This document shows, in pieces, positions 9,713-18,156 of a stretch of DNA of 64,000 nt (within the stretch, counting starts at the first letter, position 1; the number at the start of each line of letters is the position of its first letter). The stretch comes from an uncultured delta proteobacterium. GTDB taxonomy: Bacteria > Desulfobacterota > Binatia > Binatales > Binataceae. The stretch covers positions 992,001-1,056,000 of the forward strand of contig CAVQEQ010000004.1 of assembly GCA_963711565.1 (NCBI GenBank), read 5' to 3'. Under the pieces are notes generated by a model that searched no databases, had not been told where the DNA came from, and saw only the letters and a list, made by a program, of their open reading frames with translations. Position numbers and translations under genes: made by a program.

Positions 9713-10490
9713 CGTGAAGCAACCCCTGTGCTATGGCGACCGCTGCCAGAGCCGCCGTCTCGCTCCTGAGCCGATTCGGTCCGAGTCCGGCCGCGACGAA
9801 TCCCGCGTTTGCGGCATTCGCGCGTTCGTCGTCGTCGAAATCCCCCTCCGGTCCAACCGCTATCAATATCGCACGCGGGTGCGCGCGTCGAATCACTTCG
9901 CCGAGCGGCTCCCCGGCTTGCGCGCAGATCACGGCGAGCGTCCCTGGCGGCACGCCGCGAATCAAGTCGTCGATTCCTGTTGGCGGCCGCACTTCCATCG
10001 TACATGCGGAGTGGCTCTGCTTCGCGGCGGAGAGCGCGAGCCGGCGCCATCGCGCGATACGTTCGGCTCCCGGCGCTCGCACCAATCCGCGCGCAGAGAC
10101 TAACGGCCACAACTCTGATGCTCCCAACTCGGCTGCCTTCTCGACGATGAAGTCCATCCGCGGTCCCTTGACGATTGCGGCGGCGAGAATGATTCGACCA
10201 CGGACACTCGGCGCCGATGACGATTCGACTCGAATCACGGCGCGCTCGCGTTCGTAGCGTTCGATCGCGCCCCGATGCTCGACGCCTGCCGGGTCCAGCA
10301 ACGACACGCGCGCGTCAACCGCCAGCCGCAGAACAGTGCGCATGTGATGCAATTCCGCGCCCTCGACGTGCGCGCGGCCGGCGTCGGGCACTTGTGCGAT
10401 CGAAAAGCGCGGCGGCGTCGCAGGCATCAGCGTGGCGCTCGCGCCATCACGAGCGTCGTCCATCCGCGATGGGTCTTGCGGCTGAGACAT
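9675..10490 (-). CDS. rsmE: 16S rRNA m3U1498 methyltransferase
   Basis: HHMRTVLRL, EKAAELG, AAKQS, VGPEGDF, LGPNRLRSETA. Confidence 0.93.
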   Translation of the reverse strand: MSQPQDPSRMDDARDGASATLMPATPPRFSIAQVPDAGRAHVEGAELHHMRTVLRLAVDARVSLLDPAGVEHRGAIERYERERAVIRVESSSAPSVRGRIILAAAIVKGPRMDFIVEKAAELGASELWPLVSARGLVRAPGAERIARWRRLALSAAKQSHSACTMEVRPPTGIDDLIRGVPPGTLAVICAQAGEPLGEVIRRAHPRAILIAVGPEGDFDDDERANAANAGFVAAGLGPNRLRSETAALAAVAIAQGLLHDGQGSGEDGEEK

Positions 10491-11338
10491 CGCAGCGGCG
10501 ACCTGTAATGACTCAGTACGTCGTCGGCTTCGTCGGCAAGAAAGCCGCCAAGGATCAAGCGTCCGCTGGGCGCGACGATTCGCTTGAGGTGCGGCGCGAG
10601 TTCGATCAACGTGCCGCTCAGAATATTCGCCACGATCAGATCGAAATGCCGATGTATTGAGACGAGCGGCACCGACGAGAATCGAATCGATTTCTCCACG
10701 CCGTTGAGGCGCGCATTGGCGCGCGCGTTCTCCAGTGCCGTCGGATCGATGTCGATCGCGATTATCTCACTGTCGCACTTGCCCAGCAGGGCCGCCGCGA
10801 TCGCCAGGATGCCGGAACCGGTGCCCGCATCGAGGATCGACCTGGGTGCGTGCGCGCCGACAATCGATTCGAGCGCGCGCAAAGCCCCGGCTGTCGTCGG
10901 ATGGTGTCCGGTGCCGAAGGCGCGCGCCGGCTGGACCACGATAGTAGTGCGGCCATGCTCATTCTCGCGCTTCCACGGCGGCACGATCAGCATCCGCCGC
11001 CCGACGCGAAACGGGCCGAAGCGTTTCATCCACAGCGTTGACCATCCCGGATCGACGATTCGGCGCACACTGCGCTCGCCCGCCGCGCCGTCCGCGAGCA
11101 TCCCGGCTTGCTCCAACGTCAGCTTGAGTTGCGACAGCTCGGCCGCGGAAATCGCGTCGAAGTATGCTTCGAGTGCGACCGTCTTATCCTCGCGCGCACG
11201 CGGCAGCTTCATCCCGGCGACGGCGCATCCGATCGCGCCGCCCGCGACGAGAATCCCCGCCGCTTCATCCGCAAGATGTGCGTGAGTGCGAAAGATCGCC
11301 CTCGTATAACTTCGCTTGGATGCGACTGCGCGTTGCAT
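10427..11338 (-). CDS. prmA: Ribosomal protein L11 methyltransferase
   Basis: AFGTGHHPTT, LDAGTGSGILAIAA, DIDP, FDLIVANIL; prmA-rsmE-gshB order; start uncertain. Confidence 0.9.
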   Translation of the reverse strand: MQRAVASKRSYTRAIFRTHAHLADEAAGILVAGGAIGCAVAGMKLPRAREDKTVALEAYFDAISAAELSQLKLTLEQAGMLADGAAGERSVRRIVDPGWSTLWMKRFGPFRVGRRMLIVPPWKRENEHGRTTIVVQPARAFGTGHHPTTAGALRALESIVGAHAPRSILDAGTGSGILAIAAALLGKCDSEIIAIDIDPTALENARANARLNGVEKSIRFSSVPLVSIHRHFDLIVANILSGTLIELAPHLKRIVAPSGRLILGGFLADEADDVLSHYRSPLRCLSRKTHRGWTTLVMARAPR

Positions 11339-11384
11339 ACAGGTCGGGCTGAAGTCTGCCACCAGCGCGGACTTCTTTCGAGGC

Positions 11385-11470
11385 CCCTGAGAGCAAAGTA
11401 GCGCGCCGCGCGCAACTTTGCGCTTCACTGGGTGCAGGGCTCAGCCCTGCCGCCCGCCGCGCAGGCGATT
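11385..11470 (+). repeat. Repeat family B, full copy
   Basis: CCCTGAGAGCAAAGTAGCGCGCCGCGCGCAACTTTGC...GGGTGCAGGGCTCAGCCCTGCCGCCCGCCGCGCAGGCGATT; matches 18077 and 19448. Confidence 0.9.
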
Positions 11471-11610
11471 CCGCTTCTGCTTAGCATTTGCTTTTTCTTG
11501 ATAAGTCTTGTTGACAGCATACGCCGGGCGGGTTTGCGCCTGCGCGCGATGAGCGCGTAAACTCGCATCATTATTAGACTTCAATTGTTCCAACGTGGTG
11601 GAGGCGGGCT

Positions 11611-12315
11611 GTGTTGAACATAGCCCATCGCGGGGCGAGCGGTACTTTTCCCGAGAACACCCTGAGCGCATTTCGCGCCGCTATCGACGCGCGTGCGGAC
11701 ATGTGCGAGCTGGACGTTCAGCTCACTCGCGACGGCGCAGTCGTCGTCATTCATGACGAGACCGTCGATCGCACGACCGACGGCAAGGGCGAAGTCGCGG
11801 AGCTGACGCTCGAAGAGCTCAAGCGTCTGGACGCGGGCGCGAAATTCAAGGGCGGTCCCGTGAAGGGCGAGCGGATTCCCACGCTCGACGAAGTGTTCGC
11901 CGTCACGAGCGGCAAGTGCGGCCTCAATATCGAGCTCAAGGCGGCCGGCGTGGAGCATCAGGTCGCCCAGATCATGCAGGCGCGCAATGCGTTCGGCGAC
12001 AGCATCGTGTCGAGCTTCGATTGGGAATATCTGAAAAAGATTCAACAGATCCACTTCAACATTCGCATCGCTTTGCTGGCCGACGAAAAGCCGGTTGACC
12101 TGATGATGAACGCGGTCGCGATGCGCGCGCATGCGATCAACCCGCGCTGGGACATGGTGACCGCCGATTTGTGCAAGGCGGCCCACGAGCGCGGCCTCAA
12201 GGTGTACACCTGGACCGTCGATGCGGACGCGCGGATGCGCGCTCTAATCGAATGCGGCGTCGACGGAATCATGACGAACTATCCCGAGCGGTTGCGGACG
12301 GTGATGGGCGGCTGA
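11611..12315 (+). CDS. Glycerophosphodiester phosphodiesterase
   Basis: IAHRGAS..PENTL, ELDVQLTRDG..HD, IPTLDE, NIELK, WTVD, GVDGIMTNYP. Confidence 0.93.
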   Translation: MLNIAHRGASGTFPENTLSAFRAAIDARADMCELDVQLTRDGAVVVIHDETVDRTTDGKGEVAELTLEELKRLDAGAKFKGGPVKGERIPTLDEVFAVTSGKCGLNIELKAAGVEHQVAQIMQARNAFGDSIVSSFDWEYLKKIQQIHFNIRIALLADEKPVDLMMNAVAMRAHAINPRWDMVTADLCKAAHERGLKVYTWTVDADARMRALIECGVDGIMTNYPERLRTVMGG

Positions 12316-14117
12316 TGGGACGTTTCGGCGACGACAAAATCGAGGAGGTCCGCTCGCGCGCCGATATCGTCGAGATTGTCGGCGCGCACGTGCGTCTGCG
12401 CCGCGCGGGGCGCAACTTCGTCGGCCTGTGTCCGTTCCACAATGAGAAGACGCCGTCGTTCTCGGTGAATGCCGAGCGCGGATTCTTCCATTGCTTCGGA
12501 TGCGGCGTCGGCGGCAGCGTTTTCAATTTCATCACGCGCGTCGAAGGGCTGACGTTTCCCGAGGCGGTGCGGTCGCTCGCGAAAAAATACGGCGTGACGC
12601 TCCCCGAGCACGACGTTTCGGGACCAGCGGCTGGCGAGCGCGAGGCGATGCTGAAAGCGAGCGAGGTCGCCGCGGATTTTTTTGCGCACGTGCTGTGGAA
12701 CACGACCGACGGAGCGATGGCGCGTGACTATTTGAAGTCGCGCGGTATCAGCGTCGAGACCGCGCGCGCATTCATGCTTGGATACGCGCCGAGCCGGCCC
12801 GCATCGCTGGCGAAGGCGCTCGAGAAGCGCGGGCTGCGCGAAGCGGGGGTCAAGGTCGGTCTGGTCAAGAAGGACGGGAGCGACGCCTACGACATGTTTC
12901 GCGCGCGGGTGATGTTTCCGATTCGCGACGCGCAAGGCCGCGCGATCGCATTCGGGGGCCGCGTGCTCGACGCACGCCTGCCCAAGTACATCAACTCGCC
13001 CGAGTCGCCGCTGTACTCGAAGACGCGCACGCTCTACGGGCTGTTTGAAGCGCGCCAGGCAATCTCCTCGAGCGCATCTTCCGGCAAAGATCGCGCGATA
13101 CTGGTCGAAGGATACTTCGACGTGATCGCGTTGTGGCAGGCGGGCTTCAAGGAAGCGGTCGCGGGATGCGGCACGGCGCTGACGGTCGATCAGCTTCGCG
13201 TGCTGAGCAGGTACACGAAAAATGTGATCGCATGCTTCGACGGCGACGTAGCCGGGCGCAAGGCGTCGATGCGTGCGCTCGAAATCTTCCTGCAGGCAGG
13301 GCTGTTGGGCCGTGGAATTTTCATCCCATCGGGATTCGATCCGGACACCTTCGTCCGTGAACGCGGCGCAGCCGCGTTCACGGAGCTGATCGACAAGGCG
13401 CAGCTGCTGGTCGATTATTTTCTGAGCGAGCAGGCAACTGAGGCGCGCGGCTCGATCGCCGAGCGCGCGCGGGCGGCGCAGCGGGTGGCCGAGATGCTCA
13501 AGCTGGTCGGCGATCCGTTCCAGTTCGACTTGCTGGCGCGCAAAGCGGCGGAGCTGCTGTCGATTGGCGAGGAAGTGCTGCGCAAGGAGGCGCGCGGACC
13601 GCAATCGCGGTCCGCGACGCCGTCGCGGTTCGCGCGCGATACGCGCGCGAACGCTTCGTCGCCGCCCGCGGGCGCGGGCGGCGGCGACGCCGGCGACAAG
13701 GCCGAGATCGGCCTGGTCGCGCTGGCGCTGCTGCATCCGGAACTGCGCAATGAAATTGCGCAGTCCGGGGCGACTGCGAATTTCGAAGAAATTCGCCTCG
13801 GCGGCATCCTCGCCGATTTGTGCCGCACCGACGAGCCATACACCGCGCTCGAGCAATGGATTGCGGATCGGTTGACCGCCGACGAACAGGGCCGCGTCAG
13901 CGAGTTCGCCGTCGGTCCGCGAAACGACGAGGTCGAGGACGAGACGCAGAAGGTCCCGAGCGATCTCGACCAATGCCGCGCGCTCGTCAAGGACTACGTC
14001 GTTGCGCTCGAGCGGCGCCGCCGCACGCGCGAACTCGGGCGCCTGCGCCAGGGCGCTGCCGACGTCTCGACCGCGCAGGCCGTCATCGCGCTTCGACGGG
14101 AGAGTCGCGGCGCGTGA
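12315..14117 (+). CDS. dnaG: DNA primase
   Basis: CPFH.EKTPSF..CFGC zinc finger, KYINSPES, VEGYFDV, CFDGD TOPRIM, DPD; ATG overlaps upstream TGA. Confidence 0.97.
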   Translation: MGRFGDDKIEEVRSRADIVEIVGAHVRLRRAGRNFVGLCPFHNEKTPSFSVNAERGFFHCFGCGVGGSVFNFITRVEGLTFPEAVRSLAKKYGVTLPEHDVSGPAAGEREAMLKASEVAADFFAHVLWNTTDGAMARDYLKSRGISVETARAFMLGYAPSRPASLAKALEKRGLREAGVKVGLVKKDGSDAYDMFRARVMFPIRDAQGRAIAFGGRVLDARLPKYINSPESPLYSKTRTLYGLFEARQAISSSASSGKDRAILVEGYFDVIALWQAGFKEAVAGCGTALTVDQLRVLSRYTKNVIACFDGDVAGRKASMRALEIFLQAGLLGRGIFIPSGFDPDTFVRERGAAAFTELIDKAQLLVDYFLSEQATEARGSIAERARAAQRVAEMLKLVGDPFQFDLLARKAAELLSIGEEVLRKEARGPQSRSATPSRFARDTRANASSPPAGAGGGDAGDKAEIGLVALALLHPELRNEIAQSGATANFEEIRLGGILADLCRTDEPYTALEQWIADRLTADEQGRVSEFAVGPRNDEVEDETQKVPSDLDQCRALVKDYVVALERRRRTRELGRLRQGAADVSTAQAVIALRRESRGA

Positions 14118-14216
14118 GCGTTCAGATGTACATGAGTTGAACGAATGTTTAAGCGATCAGCCCTTAAGTCTGCTGCGCGAACTTGCTACCATTGGGGCAC
14201 CTTGATGCACTTTCGA

Positions 14217-14292
14217 GGGCCCATAGCTCAGCCAGGTTCAGAGCTGCCGGCTCATAACCGGCTGGTCCCAGGTTCAAATCCTGGTGGGCCCA
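14217..14292 (+). tRNA. tRNA with CAT anticodon, probably tRNA-Ile2 (lysidine); CCA not encoded
   Basis: GGGCCCA/TGGGCCC acceptor, CTCATAA loop, TTCAAAT T-loop; location after dnaG is typical of Ile2. Confidence 0.9.
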
Positions 14293-14391
14293 TCTCATTT
14301 GTGCCCGCGGCGTCGCCGGCGGGCTTTATTATGTTTCACGATAACGGACAGAAACCTTGCGCGACGCGCATAACTTTAGCGGAGAGACGAA

Positions 14392-15120
14392 TTGCGTGAA
14401 GAGATAAACCGGCTGATGGATCTCCAGATCATCGACCGGCAACTGCAAGAGTTGGAGCAATCGCTGTCGTCGATTGCCGGGCGAGTTGACCAGCTTCGCG
14501 ATGAGAACCAGAAGAACCAGACCGAACTCGATCGCCTTACCGAACATGACAAGGAAATAACCGCGGCGCGCAAAAAGGCCGAGCGCGAGCTCGCCGAAGG
14601 CGAGGTCCGAATCCGCAACAAGCGGATGCGCTTGACGCTGGTCCGCAACGACAAGGAACTGCAGGCGCTGACGCATGAGATCGAGTCGTTGAAGGAGACC
14701 AATCAGCGCCTCGAGACTGAGTTGCTGACCTCGATGGAAGGCGCGGACGTGCGGACCGCGCGCATCAAGGAGCTGACCGAGGCGATCGCGAAGGGCCGCG
14801 TTGACCTGGCGGCGGCTGAAAAAGAAATCGCGGCGGAAGTCGAAGAGCTGAAGAGCAATATCGGCAAGCGCAGGAAGGCGCGCGAGAAGGTCGCCGAGAA
14901 CGTCGACGCGGGCCTCCTCTCGCGCTACCAGATGATCTTCAGCCGGCGCGCCGGCGTCGCGGTTGCGCTCGCGAAAGGCGGAACCTGCCAGGGATGCCGG
15001 ATGCGCCTGCCGCCGCAGCTATACAACGAGATCCAGAAACATCTGCAGATCCATTTCTGCCCAAACTGCCAGCGCGTCCTGTACTACGAGGAGCCGGCGG
15101 CGGAAAAGGCAAGCTCGTAG
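14392..15120 (+). CDS. Coiled-coil protein with C-terminal C4 zinc ribbon (DUF164/CT398-like)
   Basis: LMDLQIID start, long heptad region, CQGC...CPNCQRVLY. Confidence 0.9.
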   Translation: MREEINRLMDLQIIDRQLQELEQSLSSIAGRVDQLRDENQKNQTELDRLTEHDKEITAARKKAERELAEGEVRIRNKRMRLTLVRNDKELQALTHEIESLKETNQRLETELLTSMEGADVRTARIKELTEAIAKGRVDLAAAEKEIAAEVEELKSNIGKRRKAREKVAENVDAGLLSRYQMIFSRRAGVAVALAKGGTCQGCRMRLPPQLYNEIQKHLQIHFCPNCQRVLYYEEPAAEKASS

Positions 15121-15123
15121 ATT

Positions 15124-15357
15124 CCTAACCTCTCATTGTCCGAGGAGAGGTCGCCGCGAGCCAAAGGTGAGCGGCGGGAGAGGTGCAACGCGGCCGTCGC
15201 AACTGCGTGTAGTTGTGCTGCTGTCGAGCAGCTGAGTTAGTGTCTCTGCATCGCGATTAGACGAGTCGAGATTGGTGCGATGTCAGGCGTTGCACCTCAC
15301 CCGGCGACACCGCTGCGCGGCTTACGCCGACCTCTCCTCGGACAAGGAGAGGTTAGG
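15124..15357. repeat. Long imperfect inverted repeat (REPIN/MITE-like), related to family A
   Basis: CCTAACCTCTC..TGTCCGAGGAGAGGTCG...GAGGTGCAACG versus CGTTGCACCTC...CGACCTCTCCTCGGACAAGGAGAGGTTAGG. Confidence 0.85.
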
Positions 15358-15375
15358 ATCTGATCGAGCCGCGCC

Positions 15376-15948
15376 TCACTGGCCCGCACATCGCCACCCA
15401 CTCCCGTTGCGCATTAGCGTGAACACCGCCGGCATTGGCATCGATTCCCAGAATCCATAATCGACGCCCGCCATGAATGCGTGCAGCGCGAGCGCGATCA
15501 GATTCCCATGGCTCGCGACTATCACCGTGCCGCCCGAATGCCTCGACGCGATCGTATCGAGCACGCGCACCACACGCGCCTGCGCGACACGTCCGCTCTC
15601 TCCACCCGGCGGCGCGTAATCGAAATCCTCCCACGAGCGCCGCAGATGCGATCTCCAGTCCGGCAACTCGGTGGGCGACAGTAGACGTTCACGGAGATCT
15701 TCTATCGTCGCGATTGCGAGGCAGCGTGCCCGCGCGATCGGATCGATCGTCTGCCGCGCGCGAATATACGGACTTGAGAACGCCGCGTCGATTTGAGTCG
15801 AAGCGTGCTCATCGCGCAGTTGCTCCGCATCGCGGAGCCCCTTCACGGTCAACGGACGCGTGAATTCATCGTAGCCCGAAGTGCCCGGCGCGACCGGCTC
15901 GGCGTGACGAACCAGTAAGACGGTTAGCGATCGTTCGTCGATGGCCAT
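15376..15948 (-). CDS. Histidine phosphatase (phosphoglycerate mutase) family protein
   Basis: LVRHAE, SSPY.RARQT, GGES, ASHG. Confidence 0.9.
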   Translation of the reverse strand: MAIDERSLTVLLVRHAEPVAPGTSGYDEFTRPLTVKGLRDAEQLRDEHASTQIDAAFSSPYIRARQTIDPIARARCLAIATIEDLRERLLSPTELPDWRSHLRRSWEDFDYAPPGGESGRVAQARVVRVLDTIASRHSGGTVIVASHGNLIALALHAFMAGVDYGFWESMPMPAVFTLMRNGSGWRCAGQ

Positions 15949-15992
15949 CTCTCAATTTCCGTCCGCGGCGCAAATCTCTGATGCCGCAATAC

Positions 15993-16997
15993 TCAATGCA
16001 TCAGCACTGCTCTGAACCTAACCTTGCCCGTCATCATCCGCTCGTAGCCCTCGGCTGCCCGCTCGATCGGAAACGTTTCGATCATCGCGCGCACTCCGGT
16101 CTGCGCCGCGAACTTCAGCGTATCCTCGGAGTCCTTCGAGGTTCCCGCCGGCCATCCGAGGATCGTGCGCTGCAAGCTAATCAGCTGGATCGACGAAACT
16201 GCGAACGGCTCGGGACTCGCCCCGACGATAACCAATCTGCCGCGTACGCCGAGACCGTCAACCAGCGCGCCGATCGCCTTCGAGTCGGGCGCAGTGACGA
16301 GAATTACGGTGGCGCCGCCGTCCTTGTTCAACTCTGCCGCCACGTCCTGCTTGCTGCCGTCGATATAGCGTCGCGCGCCGAGCTTCAGCGCCAGCGGCTC
16401 CTTGTCCTCGCCCCGTCCGATCGCGACAACGTCGTAACCGGATTTCGCCGCAAACTGAATTCCCAAATGCCCGAGGCCGCCGATTCCCTGGATACCCACG
16501 AGGTCGCCGGGTCCCGCGCCGCTATGCCTCAGCGCGTTGAACGTCGTGATTCCGGCGCACATCAGCGGCGCCGCCTCTTCCGGTCGCAGCACGTCGGGGA
16601 TATGCGCGAGCGCCTCGACCGGCGCAATGACGTGGGCCGTGTAGCCGCCGTCGTAACTGATCCCGGGAATTTTCAAAAATTTGCAATTGACAAAATCGCC
16701 GCGCCGGCATGGATCGCATCGAAAGCAGTTCCCGCCATGCCATCCGACGCCGACCCGATCGCCGACTTTCCAATCCCCCAAATCTTCGCCGAGCGCGTCG
16801 ATCACTCCGGCGATTTCATGCCCCGGCGATCGCGGATAAGTGATCCCCGGCCATGCCCCTTCTTTCGTAAACATGTCGCTATGACAAATTCCGCAGGCCT
16901 GAACTCTAATCCGAACCTGCTCGCGCGCCGGCTCGACGATTTTTTCATCAACAAGTTTGAATGGTCCCTTGGGTTTTTCGACTCGAACGGATTTCAT
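15993..16997 (-). CDS. Zn-dependent alcohol dehydrogenase
   Basis: CGICHSD, PGHE, C..C..C.......C structural Zn site, GIGGLG; ATG 16997 with GAGAGGA RBS. Confidence 0.93.
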   Translation of the reverse strand: MKSVRVEKPKGPFKLVDEKIVEPAREQVRIRVQACGICHSDMFTKEGAWPGITYPRSPGHEIAGVIDALGEDLGDWKVGDRVGVGWHGGNCFRCDPCRRGDFVNCKFLKIPGISYDGGYTAHVIAPVEALAHIPDVLRPEEAAPLMCAGITTFNALRHSGAGPGDLVGIQGIGGLGHLGIQFAAKSGYDVVAIGRGEDKEPLALKLGARRYIDGSKQDVAAELNKDGGATVILVTAPDSKAIGALVDGLGVRGRLVIVGASPEPFAVSSIQLISLQRTILGWPAGTSKDSEDTLKFAAQTGVRAMIETFPIERAAEGYERMMTGKVRFRAVLMH

Positions 16998-17073
16998 AAT
17001 TCCTCTCCATTGGAAATTTCGAGTATCGGAGACTTCAGGATAACGCTCGAATCCATCTTGAGTCACGACTATT

Positions 17074-17342
17074 ATTCCCCCTCTCCCGGAACGGAAACCT
17101 TCACGCAACGCGAACCCACCCATTCGGGTCTGTTCCCCCTTTCCACCCTGGAAAGGGAGTGAAGGAGATAGGACACAGCTGCGGCTTCTCGTCTGTTCCC
17201 CCTTTCCACCTGGAAAGGGGGTGAGGGGGATAGGACACCACCAGCCGGGCATCTTGTGTTCCCCTTCCCCATTCTGGGGGAAGGGGCTAGGGGTTAGGGT
17301 TCTGGCTATGCAGCGCCAAATCTCCGGAAAGGGGGAATCAGA
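17074..17342. repeat. Cluster of family A palindromic repeats upstream of rnpB
   Basis: Units TTCCCCCTTTCCACC(C)TGGAAAGGG.GTGA.GG.GATAGGACA twice, plus a TTCCCCTTCCCC..GGGGAAGGGGCTAGGGGTTAGG variant. Confidence 0.88.
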
Positions 17343-17384
17343 TCATGCGCGCAGCCTCACCGGCAACATGCTACTCTCACAGCG

Positions 17385-17728
17385 CCGGAGTGAGTCGGGC
17401 GCTCGCTTCCCTTAAATGGGAAGAGGAAAGTCCGGGCTCCATAGGGCAGGATGGCCGTTAACGGCGGCGCGGAGCGATCCGCGGAAAGTGGCACAGAAAA
17501 TACACCGCCTGCAAAGGTAAGGGTGAAATGGTGGGGTAAGAGCCCACCGGCGCGCGAGTGATCGTGCGCGCATGCCAAACCCCATCTGGAGCAAGACCAA
17601 ATAGGAGGCTGAGCGGCCCGCTCTTAAGGCCTCGGGTATGGTCGCATGAGTCACAGAGCAATCTATGGCCTAGAGGAATGATCGCCGCCCGCAAGGGACA
17701 CAGAACCCGGCTTACAGACTCACTCCGG
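17385..17728 (+). ncRNA. rnpB: RNase P RNA (type A)
   Basis: GAGGAAAGTCCGGGCT, GGAAAGTGGCACAGAAAA, GGTAAGAGC, GAGCAAG, ACAGAACCCGGCTTA; P1 CCGGAGTGAGTC/GACTCACTCCGG. Confidence 0.98.
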
Positions 17729-17788
17729 TTCTCGCTTAGGCGAGCCTGCGATCTGCCTGCATCGCCGCTGCCGGCAAAGATCGCAATC

Positions 17789-18038
17789 TTTCCCCCTTTC
17801 CACCCTGGAAAGGGAGTCAGGGGGATAGGACATCACGATTCCCACGCTTGGTGTTGCCCTTCCCCATTTTTTCTGGGGAAGGGGCTAGGGGTTAGGGTTC
17901 TGCCTACGCAACGACGAAAATCCCCTAACCCCTGACCCCTTCCCCAACAGTGTGGAAGGGGAACGAGAAGAAAGCCCTGGAGCGCAACGCCGTCTTATCC
18001 CCCTAACCCCCTTTCCGGGGCGGAAAGGGGGAATCAGA
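17789..18038. repeat. Cluster of family A repeats downstream of rnpB (two forward, two inverted units)
   Basis: Same two units as the upstream cluster, then inverted CCCCTAACCCC..CCCCTTCCCC..GGAAGGGGAA and CCCCCTAACCCCCTTTCC..GGAAAGGGGGAA. Confidence 0.88.
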
Positions 18039-18076
18039 CAAAAGCCCCATCTGGAGTAGCCATCGGCTGGTTCCAT

Positions 18077-18146
18077 GCGCAACTTTGCGCTTCACACTGG
18101 GTGCAGGGCTCAGCCATGCCGCCCGCCGCGCAGGCGATTATTCTTT
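18077..18146 (+). repeat. Repeat family B, 5'-truncated copy
   Basis: GCGCAACTTTGCGCTTCACACTGGGTGCAGGGCTCAGCCATGCCGCCCGCCGCGCAGGCGATTATTCTTT. Confidence 0.9.
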
Positions 18147-18156
18147 CCTGGACCCT

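Noticed and set aside
16998-17252. N-terminal extensions in the ORF track (ADH to 17252, DUF559 to 26491, clpS from 21046, methyltransferase from 29455, prmA to 11428)
   Set aside because: They run through repeats, tRNAs or opposite-strand genes; downstream starts fit family lengths, most with an RBS.
17128-17300. Repeat-spacer-repeat pattern resembling a CRISPR array
   Set aside because: Units are degenerate, occur in both orientations and at dispersed sites, spacers are irregular, and no cas genes are present; better explained as REP/BIME-like clusters.
18045-18056. CCCCATCTGGAG shared with the rnpB interior (~17580-17591)
   Set aside because: Only 12 nt with no flanking similarity; compatible with chance.
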